This document shows positions 1 to 9,139 of a stretch of DNA of 33,626 bases, in pieces. Under the pieces are notes generated by a model. That model did not search any database. It worked only from the letters and a program-made list of their open reading frames with translations, and was not told the origin of the DNA. A program made the position numbers and the translations under genes. Position 1 is the first letter of the stretch. Every line of letters begins with the position of its first letter. This stretch comes from Verrucomicrobiota bacterium (GTDB lineage Bacteria > Verrucomicrobiota > Verrucomicrobiia > Limisphaerales > JAYTXL01): assembly GCA_043740915.1 (NCBI GenBank), contig JAYUBJ010000549.1, forward strand, positions 1 through 33,626. The letters are read 5' to 3'.

Positions 1-1
1 G

Positions 2-1519
2 GTGGCCGTGAGGCAGATCCTCGCCAGCCGGGACTTCATCACCCTGTTTCGGGGCAGCGCTGGCACGGGCAAGAGTTTCACCCTGCGCGAAGTGACGCAG
101 GGGCTTCGGGCCGCCGACCATCCGGTGGTCGTGCTGGCCCCGCAACGCCAGCAGGTCGCCGATCTCTGCGCAGATGGGCTCCCGTCCTCAACTCTGTCGC
201 TCTGCCTCCAGAGCCAATCCCTGCCGCCCCGGGCGGTGGTGCTGGTGGATGAGTCGGGCCAGATAGGCGGGAAGCAACTGGGCGAGCTGGTGGCTTTGGT
301 AAAAAGGCATGGTGGTCGGTTGATCCTGTCGGGTGATACCCGGCAGCATGGTGCCGTGCCTGCTTCGGATGCGCTGCGAGCGATCGAGGAGTTCAGCGGT
401 CTGAAGGCGGCGGTGCTGCGGGAGATTCGTCGGCAAGACCCGGCGCGGGCCAAATCGATGGCAGAGCGCGCGTTCGTGGCGGCCTACCGCCGGGCGGTAA
501 AGGCGGCGGCGGCCGGGCGCATCGAAGAGTCCTTCGATGGCTTGGATCGGCTGGGATGTATCCGCGAGGTCGCGCCCGATGACCGCCGCGCAATACTCGC
601 TCGGGAATACCTCGCCAGCATTGAGCGTCACGAACGCGTCCTGGTCGTGGCTCAAACTTGGAACGAGGTGAACGGTATGAACGAAGCGATTCGGGCGGAA
701 CTCCAGACGAGTGGGCGTATCGCCTCCGGGGTCGCGTTGAAGACCTATCAAGCGGTGGACCTCAACGAAGCCGAAAAACGGGACACCCGGTTTTATCAAC
801 CGGGCCAATTTGCCTACGTCATCAAACGCTATGGTCGTTTTGCGAAGGGCGATCTCTGCCCCATCGCCGGAACGAACGAACGGGGCCTGGTGCTCATCAA
901 GGATGGCCGGCGCTCGACCATGAGTTACCGCCACACTCACCGGCTGGCCATTGCAGTTGAGCGGGAAACCAACGTCGCCCCCGGCGACCGGCTACAACTG
1001 AAGTTCAATGGGAAATCCCGGGAAGGGCTTCCCATCGCCAACGGTGAACTCGTGACGGTGCGCCGCGTCGCCGCCGATGGCGCGCTCACCGTTGAAGACG
1101 ACCGCCTCACAGTGAAGACGCTTTCGCCGCAACAGCGGTTGTTCAATCGCGGCTATGCCGTCACGTCTTACGCTTCGCAGGGCAAGACCGTTGATACCGT
1201 GCTGGTGGCGGATGCGGGCTGCCGCGCCGCAACGAATCACAACCAGTGGTATGTCTCCATTTCTCGCGGCCGGAAACGGGTCATCGTTTTCACGGAAAAC
1301 AAAGCCGAGCTTCGCGCCAGCATCCAGCAAAGCGGGGACCGTGGCCTCGCCTTGGAAATGAAACTCTCTCCACCCGAATCATCCACCCGTCGCGGATTCC
1401 GCCACCGCCTGCCCGCATGGACGCGCCGGGCGCTGGCCGCAACCGAACGGGTGCGTTTACACGAGGCCGTCATGCGGCTTCCGGCCCGAAACGCCAACCG
1501 GGCCAAAATCGCTTTATGA
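2..1519 (+). CDS. Conjugative relaxase/helicase, C-terminal RecD-like helicase portion (5' end outside window)
   Basis: The frame is open from the window edge. Motifs seen: Walker A GSAGTGKS, Walker B-like VVLVDESGQ, SGDTRQHG, YAVTSYASQGKTVDTVLV and WYVSISRGRKRVIVFT. These match the AAA_30/UvrD_C helicase module of TraA/TrwC/TraI-type relaxases. Confidence 0.75.
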   Translation: MAVRQILASRDFITLFRGSAGTGKSFTLREVTQGLRAADHPVVVLAPQRQQVADLCADGLPSSTLSLCLQSQSLPPRAVVLVDESGQIGGKQLGELVALVKRHGGRLILSGDTRQHGAVPASDALRAIEEFSGLKAAVLREIRRQDPARAKSMAERAFVAAYRRAVKAAAAGRIEESFDGLDRLGCIREVAPDDRRAILAREYLASIERHERVLVVAQTWNEVNGMNEAIRAELQTSGRIASGVALKTYQAVDLNEAEKRDTRFYQPGQFAYVIKRYGRFAKGDLCPIAGTNERGLVLIKDGRRSTMSYRHTHRLAIAVERETNVAPGDRLQLKFNGKSREGLPIANGELVTVRRVAADGALTVEDDRLTVKTLSPQQRLFNRGYAVTSYASQGKTVDTVLVADAGCRAATNHNQWYVSISRGRKRVIVFTENKAELRASIQQSGDRGLALEMKLSPPESSTRRGFRHRLPAWTRRALAATERVRLHEAVMRLPARNANRAKIAL

Positions 1520-1923
1520 GCACACTTCAAGAAACACTCCAACAGCGCCGGGCGGCAGAGCAGCCGTCCAGTCGGTCGAGCGACTTGGCGGACGCGCAGG
1601 TGCGTTCGCTACAAATTCATTCATGGAACGGAGAGAAATGGGTGCTCCCGTGGTCTGGCTTTGCTGCCGCGTGTCATCAGGGCACCGGCGAAAGCGAGCA
1701 ACTGGTGCTCTCATTCGCCAATCATGAAGTCGTGTTGGACGGCGCTCGCCTGGCCCTGCTCCTGCCTGAGATCGCCAGTTTTCATCTCGATTGCCTGCGC
1801 GACATGCCGGCCAAATTCCGTTCCCAGACAGACAAAGGGGAGTCATTCATTAGTCGGATCACGGTGCGCGCGGCATCGGCTCCTCTAACTCCGACCAAGA
1901 GGGACATCCCGTTGGGGCTATAG
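1516..1923 (+). CDS. Hypothetical protein, translationally coupled to the relaxase gene
   Basis: ATG at 1516 overlaps the relaxase stop (ATGA). The 135-aa ORF (MSTLQETLQQRR...) shows no recognisable motif. The longer ORF from 1246 would overlap the relaxase by 270 nt, so it is not used. Confidence 0.45.
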   Translation: MSTLQETLQQRRAAEQPSSRSSDLADAQVRSLQIHSWNGEKWVLPWSGFAAACHQGTGESEQLVLSFANHEVVLDGARLALLLPEIASFHLDCLRDMPAKFRSQTDKGESFISRITVRAASAPLTPTKRDIPLGL

Positions 1924-1994
1924 AACTTGCCACCAGCGCGATCTCAGCCGCCAGCCGCCCCTTAAACACGTAACTGAGCTGAATTCAATCACGC

Positions 1995-2011
1995 TTGAGA
2001 ATCGTTCTCAA
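1995..2011. promoter_or_regulatory. Fur-family-box-like inverted repeat upstream of the FTR1 permease gene
   Basis: TTGAGAATCGTTCTCAA contains a 7-1-7 core, TGAGAAT-C-GTTCTCA. It matches the Fur 7-1-7 consensus TGATAAT-n-ATTATCA at 12 of 14 arm positions. A half-site-like AATGAGAAC follows at 2028..2036. The repeat lies 50 bp upstream of the ATG at 2061. Confidence 0.35.
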
Positions 2012-2060
2012 ATTAGGCTTGAAGCGGAATGAGAACGGGTCTCTTTATTCAAACTCTGCC

Positions 2061-3170
2061 ATGTCGCATACCGCCTCGATCAACTATCGGCCGATTCTTC
2101 TGCGCACCCTCTTGGGTGCCGCAGCGTTGGTAGTTATCGCCACTTTGGTCTGGCAAGGAATCACTGCGGCCGGCAATCCCAACCCGCTAACGATAGACGC
2201 CAAGGCCAGCCCGACCGTGGCCATTCTGGACATTGGGGTGCTCGTTTTTCGTGAAGGATTGGAATGCATTCTCGTTCTATCCGCTATCACCGCGAGCATG
2301 GTCGGGGCCAACCGTGCGCACCGGCGGCCGGTGGCAGTGGGGGCTGGCATCGGCCTTTTCGCGACCCTGATCACCTGGTTTGTCGTCGTCGGGATCGTCT
2401 CAGACCTGACTGAAAAATTTTCGGCTTTGAACGTGCAGGCCGCGACCGGACTTCTGGCCGTCGTTGTCCTGCTCGTGGTGATGAATTGGTTTTTCCATAA
2501 AATGTATTGGGGTGGCTGGATTGGGCTGCACAACAAGCGCAAGCGGACACTGCTCAAGGAAGCGGACTGCCAAGATAGCTCCCGTTCCCGTCTGGTGTTG
2601 GGCCTTGGGTTGCTGGGCTTCTCTTCGCTTTATCGTGAAGGGTTCGAAGTCGTGCTGTTCCTTCAGAGCTACATGCTTAAGCTCGGTGGATCGGTCGTGT
2701 TACAAGGCGTCCTCTGGGGCCTGCTTTTGACCGGCATCGTGGCGGTACTGACTTTCATCGCGCATCAAAAACTGCCCTACCGGAGAATGCTGGTGCTGAC
2801 CGGGGTTCTCCTGGGCATCGTGCTCCTTGTCATGGTCGGTGAAGAGGCACAGGAAATGCAGCTGGCTCACTGGATTCCGACCACGCAAATCGGCGGGCTG
2901 GCCAATGTCATTCCGGGCTGGATGGGCCTGTGGTTCGCAGTTTTCCCAACTGTTGAGACGCTGGCAGCACAGGGAATTGCCGGGGCAATTGTCTTAGGCT
3001 CATATTGGCTGGCGAAGGCTCCGGCCGCAAATCAGCGCTGCGAGGCTGAATGTGCAGTCGATCCCTCGGCAGAGGGCTTCGGTTCCCGAGAAGAAGGCCA
3101 ATGCACTCCGCTCTGTGTCTCTGCGACGGTTTGCAAGCCACTCAAAGAAGGACTAACCGGGAAGTCCTGA
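2061..3170 (+). CDS. FTR1/ILT-family iron (or lead) permease with a Cys-rich C-terminal tail
   Basis: Two REXXE signatures (VFREGLECILVL and YREGFEVVLFL) sit in a polytopic membrane protein. The tail RCEAECAVD...QCTPLCVSATVCKP carries 6 Cys. ATG 2061 is preferred because the track's TTG 1995 lies inside the palindrome. Confidence 0.85.
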   Translation: MSHTASINYRPILLRTLLGAAALVVIATLVWQGITAAGNPNPLTIDAKASPTVAILDIGVLVFREGLECILVLSAITASMVGANRAHRRPVAVGAGIGLFATLITWFVVVGIVSDLTEKFSALNVQAATGLLAVVVLLVVMNWFFHKMYWGGWIGLHNKRKRTLLKEADCQDSSRSRLVLGLGLLGFSSLYREGFEVVLFLQSYMLKLGGSVVLQGVLWGLLLTGIVAVLTFIAHQKLPYRRMLVLTGVLLGIVLLVMVGEEAQEMQLAHWIPTTQIGGLANVIPGWMGLWFAVFPTVETLAAQGIAGAIVLGSYWLAKAPAANQRCEAECAVDPSAEGFGSREEGQCTPLCVSATVCKPLKEGLTGKS

Positions 3171-3192
3171 TACATCATACCGGACGTCGCCA

Positions 3193-3624
3193 TTGAATTT
3201 GACACATCCGGTGGAAAACGAAACGGTCGGTTTCTTCGTGGGACGGCTACTTCCATTCTTCAGCTTGCTCCTGGCAGTCCTGTGGCTGCCGGCAACGCAG
3301 CACTGTGCGCTGGAAGCGACCGGATTGTTTGCGCAGACCTGCTCTGACAACTGCGCTGCCGGTGCTGGCGGCGCCCAGGATGGCTGCGGGACCGTGGAAG
3401 ACGGTGCCTACAAGCCGGTCACCGATACATTGAAGGTGCCCACGCCTGCCCTGCTCGCGTGTGCCTGCTACCTCCACTCTCATCTGGTGAGTTTAGCTAC
3501 GGCTCCTGTGGCCGTCATTTTGCCCCGCGAATCGTTTGATCGACCGCGGGATTGGGTTTCGACCTGGCATTTTGTGCGGCGGGCTGCCCCAGCACCCCGC
3601 GCTCCGTCTCTGTCTGTCGCCTGA
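3193..3624 (+). CDS. Hypothetical Cys/His-rich exported or membrane-anchored protein
   Basis: The ORF lies between the permease and the OMF gene. It has no internal Met. A GTG at 3238 would give a clean signal-like N-terminus (GRLLPFFSLLLAVLWLPA). Then come HCALE, CSDNCAAG, DGCG and ACACYLHSH motifs. It occupies the same position as czcI in czc operons; no sequence similarity is claimed. Confidence 0.5.
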   Translation: MNLTHPVENETVGFFVGRLLPFFSLLLAVLWLPATQHCALEATGLFAQTCSDNCAAGAGGAQDGCGTVEDGAYKPVTDTLKVPTPALLACACYLHSHLVSLATAPVAVILPRESFDRPRDWVSTWHFVRRAAPAPRAPSLSVA

Positions 3625-3743
3625 TTAGTCCCTGCGCGGACTGATTGGCGTTCCTCCTACGTTCGCTGACGCCTGTGCGCGTCGCGTTGTTCCGGGCCGT
3701 GCCGTGCCCGCGTATTGTCCGCCCACTTTATTTTCAAACAACC

Positions 3744-5030
3744 ATGACCGCTTCCAAATTTCCTTTTTTCCTCTTCTCCATCGGAGCTGCTTTGGGCTTT
3801 GCCCGGCCCGTTCTGTGCGCCGATGAGCCAATTCCGGCCGCCTCGCCCGCAATAACGGTGCCGGGCGACAAACTGACTTTGGATTCAGCGATTGCGGAGG
3901 CGGTCGCCCAAAGCCCAGCCCTTCGCGTAATCGAAGCCGACATCGACTCCGCCCGCGGTGAAGTCCAGACCGCCAGCATCCGGCCCAATCCTGAGCTTAC
4001 CTTTGCCCCCGGCCTGAAGCACGTCCGCGAGGGCGACAGCTCTCACAATGAATTCAAGGGCACGCTGGCTCTGAGCCGGCAATTTGTCTTCCCGGGCAAA
4101 CGAGAACTTCTTGTGTCGATTGCCGAGCGCAATGTCGAGTTGCGCAAGCTCGGTATCGAGGGCCTGCGATTCCAAGTCACCGCCGCAGTGCGCAAGACGT
4201 TCTACGAATTGCTTGCGGCGCAGGCCATTGTTGGCCTGCGGCAGCAACAACTTGAATCCGCCCAAACTTTTCAGCAGGCCGCCGTCAGGCGTGCGGAGAG
4301 CGGCTACGCCTCGGATTTCGAGGCAATTAAGAGCCAGGGCGAAGTCATCAACGCCCGGAAACTGCTGCAGGCGGCTGAGAACGAGATCGCCGCCGCACAG
4401 GTGGAATTGAACTTACTGCTGGGTCGCAATCCTTCTGCGCCCCTCGAAGTGTCGGGTGTATTGGACGGGGCGCTCGCGCGGCCCATGAGCGACTTGGTCG
4501 CCCTGGCCCTCGCCGAAAATCCCAGCCTGCGCGTGCAGGCCATGCAGGCGGAGATCGCCGGCCTGAACATCCGCAAGGCGCGGCTGGTCCGCAAACAGGA
4601 CCTCACCGTGGGTCCCTCGCTCGAATACAGCAAATCCGAGCAGATCCTCGGGATCAGCGCGACCGTGGCGCTGCCCGGCAAGAACTACGGGCAGGGTGAA
4701 ATCCTCACCGCCACCGCTGAACAGCGCAAGGTGCTCGCCGAAACAGAGCGCCTCCGTCGGGAAATCACCGGGGCGGTCGCCAAGGCAGCCACTCAACTGG
4801 CGGGCGCCCGGGCGCAACTGGCGCTGTATTCGCCCGCCTACCTCGACCAGCTCAAGGCCGTCGTGGAGCAAGCGGAGAGAAGCTACACGCAGAACGCGAC
4901 CTCTCTGCTCATCTACCTCGACACCAAGCGCACCTATTTTGACACGTTGGCCGACTACCACGAAGCCATCGCAAATGTCACCCGCAGTCGCGCCGAACTC
5001 GAATCAGCCGTCGGCATCTCCCTTCAGTAA
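3744..5030 (+). CDS. Outer membrane efflux protein (TolC/CzcC family)
   Basis: Signal peptide MTASKFPFFLFSIGAALGFARPVLCA, then two repeated TolC-like halves (LTLDSAIAEAVAQSPAL..., LVALALAENPSL...) and the typical C-terminal YFDTLADYHEA. Start chosen at ATG 3744 rather than 3645. Confidence 0.85.
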   Translation: MTASKFPFFLFSIGAALGFARPVLCADEPIPAASPAITVPGDKLTLDSAIAEAVAQSPALRVIEADIDSARGEVQTASIRPNPELTFAPGLKHVREGDSSHNEFKGTLALSRQFVFPGKRELLVSIAERNVELRKLGIEGLRFQVTAAVRKTFYELLAAQAIVGLRQQQLESAQTFQQAAVRRAESGYASDFEAIKSQGEVINARKLLQAAENEIAAAQVELNLLLGRNPSAPLEVSGVLDGALARPMSDLVALALAENPSLRVQAMQAEIAGLNIRKARLVRKQDLTVGPSLEYSKSEQILGISATVALPGKNYGQGEILTATAEQRKVLAETERLRREITGAVAKAATQLAGARAQLALYSPAYLDQLKAVVEQAERSYTQNATSLLIYLDTKRTYFDTLADYHEAIANVTRSRAELESAVGISLQ

Positions 5031-5058
5031 TCCTTCAACAAACATCCTCCAGCCTCCC

Positions 5059-6000
5059 ATGAAATCATTCCTGCCCTGCCGCTTCGCGGCCCTTGCCCTG
5101 CTCGCCGCACTCGCCGGCTGCGGTAAAAGCGAACCCGCCGCCCAGCCGGCGACCGAAGCCGCGTCAACAGGCGAAAATAACACCGTCACCCTGAGCAAAG
5201 AGAGCCTCGCGCATGCCTCCATCCAGACCGAGGCAGTCGCGCGCGGCAGCCTCGCCATGACCCTCAAGGCCATCGGCCGGGTGAGCGAAAATCTCAACAA
5301 GACCGCCAAAGTCACGAGCACGCTCGAAGGCCGGCTCATCAAGCTGAACTACGACCTGAATGAATCGGTGAAGGCCGGCGAGGTGCTTGGCCTCGTGCAG
5401 ACCCCGGAACTGCTTGGCAAACCGCTTGAGCTCAAGGCCCCGATTGACGGCAGCATCACCCAGCGCAAGAGCACGGTCGGTGAACTCATCGGCCGGGACA
5501 CGGAAATTTACACCATCAGTGATCCGGTCGATCTGTGGGTGCTGGCCGAAATCAAGGAGCGTGACATCGGAGCCATCCACGTCGGCCAGGAGGCAGCGTT
5601 CACCGTACTAGCCTATCCCAATGAGACTTTTCACGGGAAGGTCCTCCTGCTCGGCAACCGGGTCGAAAAGGATTCCCGCACGCTGGAAGTGCGCATCGAG
5701 GCCAGCAACCCGGACGGACGGTTGAAGCCAGGCATGTTCGCCGACTTGGAAGTCACGACCACAATGGTCGAGAATGTGCTAGTGGTGCCCGACACGGCGC
5801 TGCAAACCGAGGGTGAGGCGCAGATCGTCTTCGTGGCGCTGGGCGACGGGAAGTTTCAGAAGCGCGTGGTAAAACTCGGCCTGGAGCAGCACGGCCGGGT
5901 GCAAGTTCTGGAGGGAGTGAAGGCGGGCGAACTGGTTGTCACCACCGGAAGTTTCATCCTCAAGTCCGAGCTGCTGAAGAGCGAAATGGAGGCCGACTAA
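5059..6000 (+). CDS. Efflux RND periplasmic adaptor (membrane fusion protein, CzcB/HlyD-like), lipoprotein
   Basis: Lipobox LLAALAGC, then beta-barrel/lipoyl-like motifs (GEVLGLVQTPEL, LKPGMFADLEV) and VVTTGSFILKSE at the C-terminus. It lies directly upstream of the RND pump. Confidence 0.85.
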   Translation: MKSFLPCRFAALALLAALAGCGKSEPAAQPATEAASTGENNTVTLSKESLAHASIQTEAVARGSLAMTLKAIGRVSENLNKTAKVTSTLEGRLIKLNYDLNESVKAGEVLGLVQTPELLGKPLELKAPIDGSITQRKSTVGELIGRDTEIYTISDPVDLWVLAEIKERDIGAIHVGQEAAFTVLAYPNETFHGKVLLLGNRVEKDSRTLEVRIEASNPDGRLKPGMFADLEVTTTMVENVLVVPDTALQTEGEAQIVFVALGDGKFQKRVVKLGLEQHGRVQVLEGVKAGELVVTTGSFILKSELLKSEMEAD

Positions 6001-6001
6001 A

Positions 6002-9000
6002 ATGATCAAGCTCATCCTCGAGTTCTCCGTCCGCCAGCGCCTGCTGGTCTTCCTCGGCACGCTTATCCTCGGTACGACCGGCTTTCTGGCGTGGCAGCGC
6101 ATTCCCATCGACGCCTTCCCCGATGTCACCACGGTGCAGGTGCAGATTCTGGCCGGCGCGGGCGGCATGTCGCCGCTCGAAGTGGAAAAGCTCATCACGC
6201 GCCCCATCGAAATCGGGATGGGCGGACTGCCGCGCCTGAGCGAGGTTCGCTCCGTCTCGAAGATCGGACTCAGCATGATCACGGTCGTCTTCGAGGATGG
6301 CGTGGACGACTACTTCGCGCGGCAGCTCGTCTTCGAGCGCATGCAAAGCGTGCGGGAAGGCCTGCCCCCCGGGGTGGACGTGGAACTCGGGCCGATCACC
6401 ACCGGCCTCGGCGAGGTGTTCCAATACACGCTCGTCAGCAAGGATCCAAAATACGACGCCACCGAACTCCGCACCCTGCAGGACTACCTCGTTCGTCCGC
6501 TGCTGCGCACGGTGCCGGGTGTCGCGGATGTCAGTTCGTTCGGCGGGCGGGTGAAACAGTATCAGGTGATCGTCAACCCGGAGCGACTCGTGTCATTCGG
6601 AATCTCACTCGCGCAGGTTTTCGAAGCGCTGCAAAAGAACAACGCCAACGCCAACGGCAACTTCATCGAACACGGCTCCGAGCAATACATCGTGCAGGGG
6701 CTGGGTTTGGTGAAGGACCTGAGCGACATCGGAAACATCATAGTCGCGACCCACGGACACACGCCAGTTTTTGTGCGGGATCTGGCCGAGGTGAAAATTG
6801 GAGCGGAGCTGCGTCAGGGCGTCGTCACCGCCGACGGCAAGGGCGAAGTGGTCTGCGGCATCGTGCAGATGCTCAAGGGCGCGAGCGGCCGGGATGTGGT
6901 CAATGCCGTGAAGGCACAGCTCCCCGGCCTGGCCAAGGCGCTGCCCCCGGGCGTGGAACTGGTGCCCTTCTACGACCGCACCTACCTCGTCACGACTGCC
7001 ATTCACACAGTGACCAAGGCACTCCAGGAAGGCGGCATCTTCGTTTTCATCATGCTCCTGGTGCTGCTGGCCGACCTGCGCAGCGCGATCATCGTCACCC
7101 TCGTGCTGCCGCTCGCCGCGCTCTTTGCCTTCATCATGATGCGCTGGTATGGCCTGAGCGCGAATCTCATGTCGCTGGGCGGTCTCGCCATCGGCATCGG
7201 CATGATGGCCGACGGAGCGGTGGTCATGGTGGAAAACATCCACCGGCATCTCACCGAGCCACCCGGCAGGTTGAACCATGTCCACGCCGGCAAGGTCGAG
7301 ACTGTGCTCTATGCCGCCAAGGAAGTCGGCCGGCCCGTGGTCTTCGGCATCTTCATTATCATCCTTGTCTTCCTGCCGCTCCTCACCCTGGAAGGTTTCG
7401 AGGGTAAAATGTTCGCGCCGCTCGCGTTCACCATCGCCTTTGCGCTCCTCGGTTCGCTCATCCTGTCGCTTACCCTCGTGCCGATGCTCTGCACGTTGCT
7501 GCTCAAGCAATCGCCTCACGCCCAGGACCCTTTCCACATTCGCTGGCTGAAGCAGGCTTATGCATTCGCGCTCCGTCCCTGCGTGCGGCACCCAGTGCTG
7601 GTTGTATTCGCCGCCGTCCTGGCGCTGGGCGGCTCCTTCGCCCTCGTGCCGCGCATCGGCACGGAATTCCTGCCGCCACTGGAGGAAGGCTCGATCCTCG
7701 TGACCGTCGCCCGGCTGCCGAGCATCTCGGTCGCGCAATCCGCCGAACTTGCGACCAAGGTCGAGGATGTGCTGATGAGATTTCCCGAGGTCATCACGGT
7801 AATTTCGCGCACCGGCCACGCCGAAAAATCCAACGACCCAATGGGCGTGGAGTTGGGCGACACTTACGTGATGATTAAACCCTACACCGAATGGACGACC
7901 GCGAAAACCAAGGATGAACTCGTCGCCAAAATGCGCGAGGTCGTGGCCACAATCCCCGGCATCTCGGTCAGCTTCACCCAGCCCATCGCGATGCGCGTGG
8001 ACGAACTCGTCAGCGGCGTGAAATCTACTATCGGCATCAAGATCTTCGGCGAAGACCTCGACGTGCTCACCGCCAAGGGTGAAGCCGTCGCTCGTGTGCT
8101 GGGCAAGGTCCGGGGCGCAACCGACGTTAGCGTCGAGAAAATCAGCGGTCTTGCCTACCTGCGTATCGAGATCGACCGCGCCAAGATCGCCCGCTACGGC
8201 ATCAACGTTTCCGACGTACAGGATGTCGTCGAGGTCGCCATCGGCGGCAAGGAGGCCACCAAGGTCTATGAAGGCATGAAAGTCTTCAGCCTCGCCGTCC
8301 GCTTCCCTGAGACGGCCCGCAACGACGTCGAACCCATCCGCAACATCCTCATCCCGTCCCCATCCGGCGCGCTTATCCCGCTCGGCCAGCTCGCGAAGAT
8401 CTACGTCACCGAGGGACCGGCGCAGATCAGCCGCGACATGGCCCAGCGGCGGGTCATCATCTCCGCCAATGTCACCGACCGCGACCTCGGCGGCTTCGTG
8501 CAGGAGGCGAAAGCCAAAATCGCCGCCGCCGTGAAGCTGCCCCCGGGCTATTTCATGACGTGGGGCGGGCAGTTCGAGAATCAGCAGCGGGCGATGAAAC
8601 GCTTTGCCATTGTCGTGCCTATCACCATCGCGGGCATATTTCTGCTGCTGTTCAGTTCGTTCAACTCGGTCAAGCAGGCCGTGCTCATCATCCTGAACAT
8701 CCCGTTTGCCATGATCGGCGGCATTCTCGCGCTCATCATCGGCGACTTCAACCTGAGCGTCAGCGCCAGCGTGGGCTTTATCGCCTTGTTCGGCGTCGCC
8801 GTGCTCAACGGCGTTGTGATGGTGAGCTATTTCAATGAGCTGCGACGAGAGGGCATGAAGATCGAACTTGCGGTGATCGAAGGGGCGGTGCTGCGGCTGC
8901 GTCCGGTGCTTATCACGGCCAGCGTCGCCGCCCTGGGCCTGATCCCAATGCTTTTCGCCCAGGGCCCGGGCAGCGAAATCCAGAAACCGCTCGCAGCCGT

Positions 9001-9139
9001 CGTCATCGGCGGCCTGATCAGTTCTACCCTGCTCACGCTCTTCATCCTGCCGACGCTTTATAAGGTTTTCGAGCGCGATGAACTGCCCGCGCCGGACGTG
9101 CATCTGCCGGAACCACCCTCAACTCAGGAACTCACATGA
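6002..9139 (+). CDS. CusA/CzcA-family heavy-metal efflux RND transporter (copy 1)
   Basis: 1045 aa with 12-TM RND architecture. N-terminus MIKLILEFSVRQRLLVF..., TM4 motif LAIGIGMMADGAVVMVEN, and two large periplasmic loops. Confidence 0.95.
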   Translation: MIKLILEFSVRQRLLVFLGTLILGTTGFLAWQRIPIDAFPDVTTVQVQILAGAGGMSPLEVEKLITRPIEIGMGGLPRLSEVRSVSKIGLSMITVVFEDGVDDYFARQLVFERMQSVREGLPPGVDVELGPITTGLGEVFQYTLVSKDPKYDATELRTLQDYLVRPLLRTVPGVADVSSFGGRVKQYQVIVNPERLVSFGISLAQVFEALQKNNANANGNFIEHGSEQYIVQGLGLVKDLSDIGNIIVATHGHTPVFVRDLAEVKIGAELRQGVVTADGKGEVVCGIVQMLKGASGRDVVNAVKAQLPGLAKALPPGVELVPFYDRTYLVTTAIHTVTKALQEGGIFVFIMLLVLLADLRSAIIVTLVLPLAALFAFIMMRWYGLSANLMSLGGLAIGIGMMADGAVVMVENIHRHLTEPPGRLNHVHAGKVETVLYAAKEVGRPVVFGIFIIILVFLPLLTLEGFEGKMFAPLAFTIAFALLGSLILSLTLVPMLCTLLLKQSPHAQDPFHIRWLKQAYAFALRPCVRHPVLVVFAAVLALGGSFALVPRIGTEFLPPLEEGSILVTVARLPSISVAQSAELATKVEDVLMRFPEVITVISRTGHAEKSNDPMGVELGDTYVMIKPYTEWTTAKTKDELVAKMREVVATIPGISVSFTQPIAMRVDELVSGVKSTIGIKIFGEDLDVLTAKGEAVARVLGKVRGATDVSVEKISGLAYLRIEIDRAKIARYGINVSDVQDVVEVAIGGKEATKVYEGMKVFSLAVRFPETARNDVEPIRNILIPSPSGALIPLGQLAKIYVTEGPAQISRDMAQRRVIISANVTDRDLGGFVQEAKAKIAAAVKLPPGYFMTWGGQFENQQRAMKRFAIVVPITIAGIFLLLFSSFNSVKQAVLIILNIPFAMIGGILALIIGDFNLSVSASVGFIALFGVAVLNGVVMVSYFNELRREGMKIELAVIEGAVLRLRPVLITASVAALGLIPMLFAQGPGSEIQKPLAAVVIGGLISSTLLTLFILPTLYKVFERDELPAPDVHLPEPPSTQELT

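Noticed and set aside
1995-2060. N-terminal extensions offered by the ORF track: FTR1 from TTG 1995, OMF from 3645, MFP from 4696, regulator from 13874, OMF2 from 18611, MFP2 from 20178, haloperoxidase-like from TTG 30536
   Set aside because: In each case a downstream ATG gives a proper signal peptide, lipobox or canonical N-terminus. The extension also overlaps the preceding gene or a regulatory palindrome.
3627-3643. Short inverted repeat AGTCC-ctgcgc-GGACT just after the Cys-rich ORF; possible terminator
   Set aside because: The stem is only 5 bp and there is no downstream T-run. It is too weak to call.
6091-7407. 438-aa + strand ORF in an alternative frame of RND pump 1
   Set aside because: It is an out-of-frame overlap with the RND gene. 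The translation is an Arg/Gly/Pro/His repeat-like string with no fold signal.
6605-9103. 832-aa ORF on the minus strand, antisense to RND pump 1
   Set aside because: It lies entirely inside a confidently identified RND gene. Its composition is dominated by Arg, Asp, Gly, His and Glu with no motif, which is the typical stop-free shadow frame of high-GC coding DNA.
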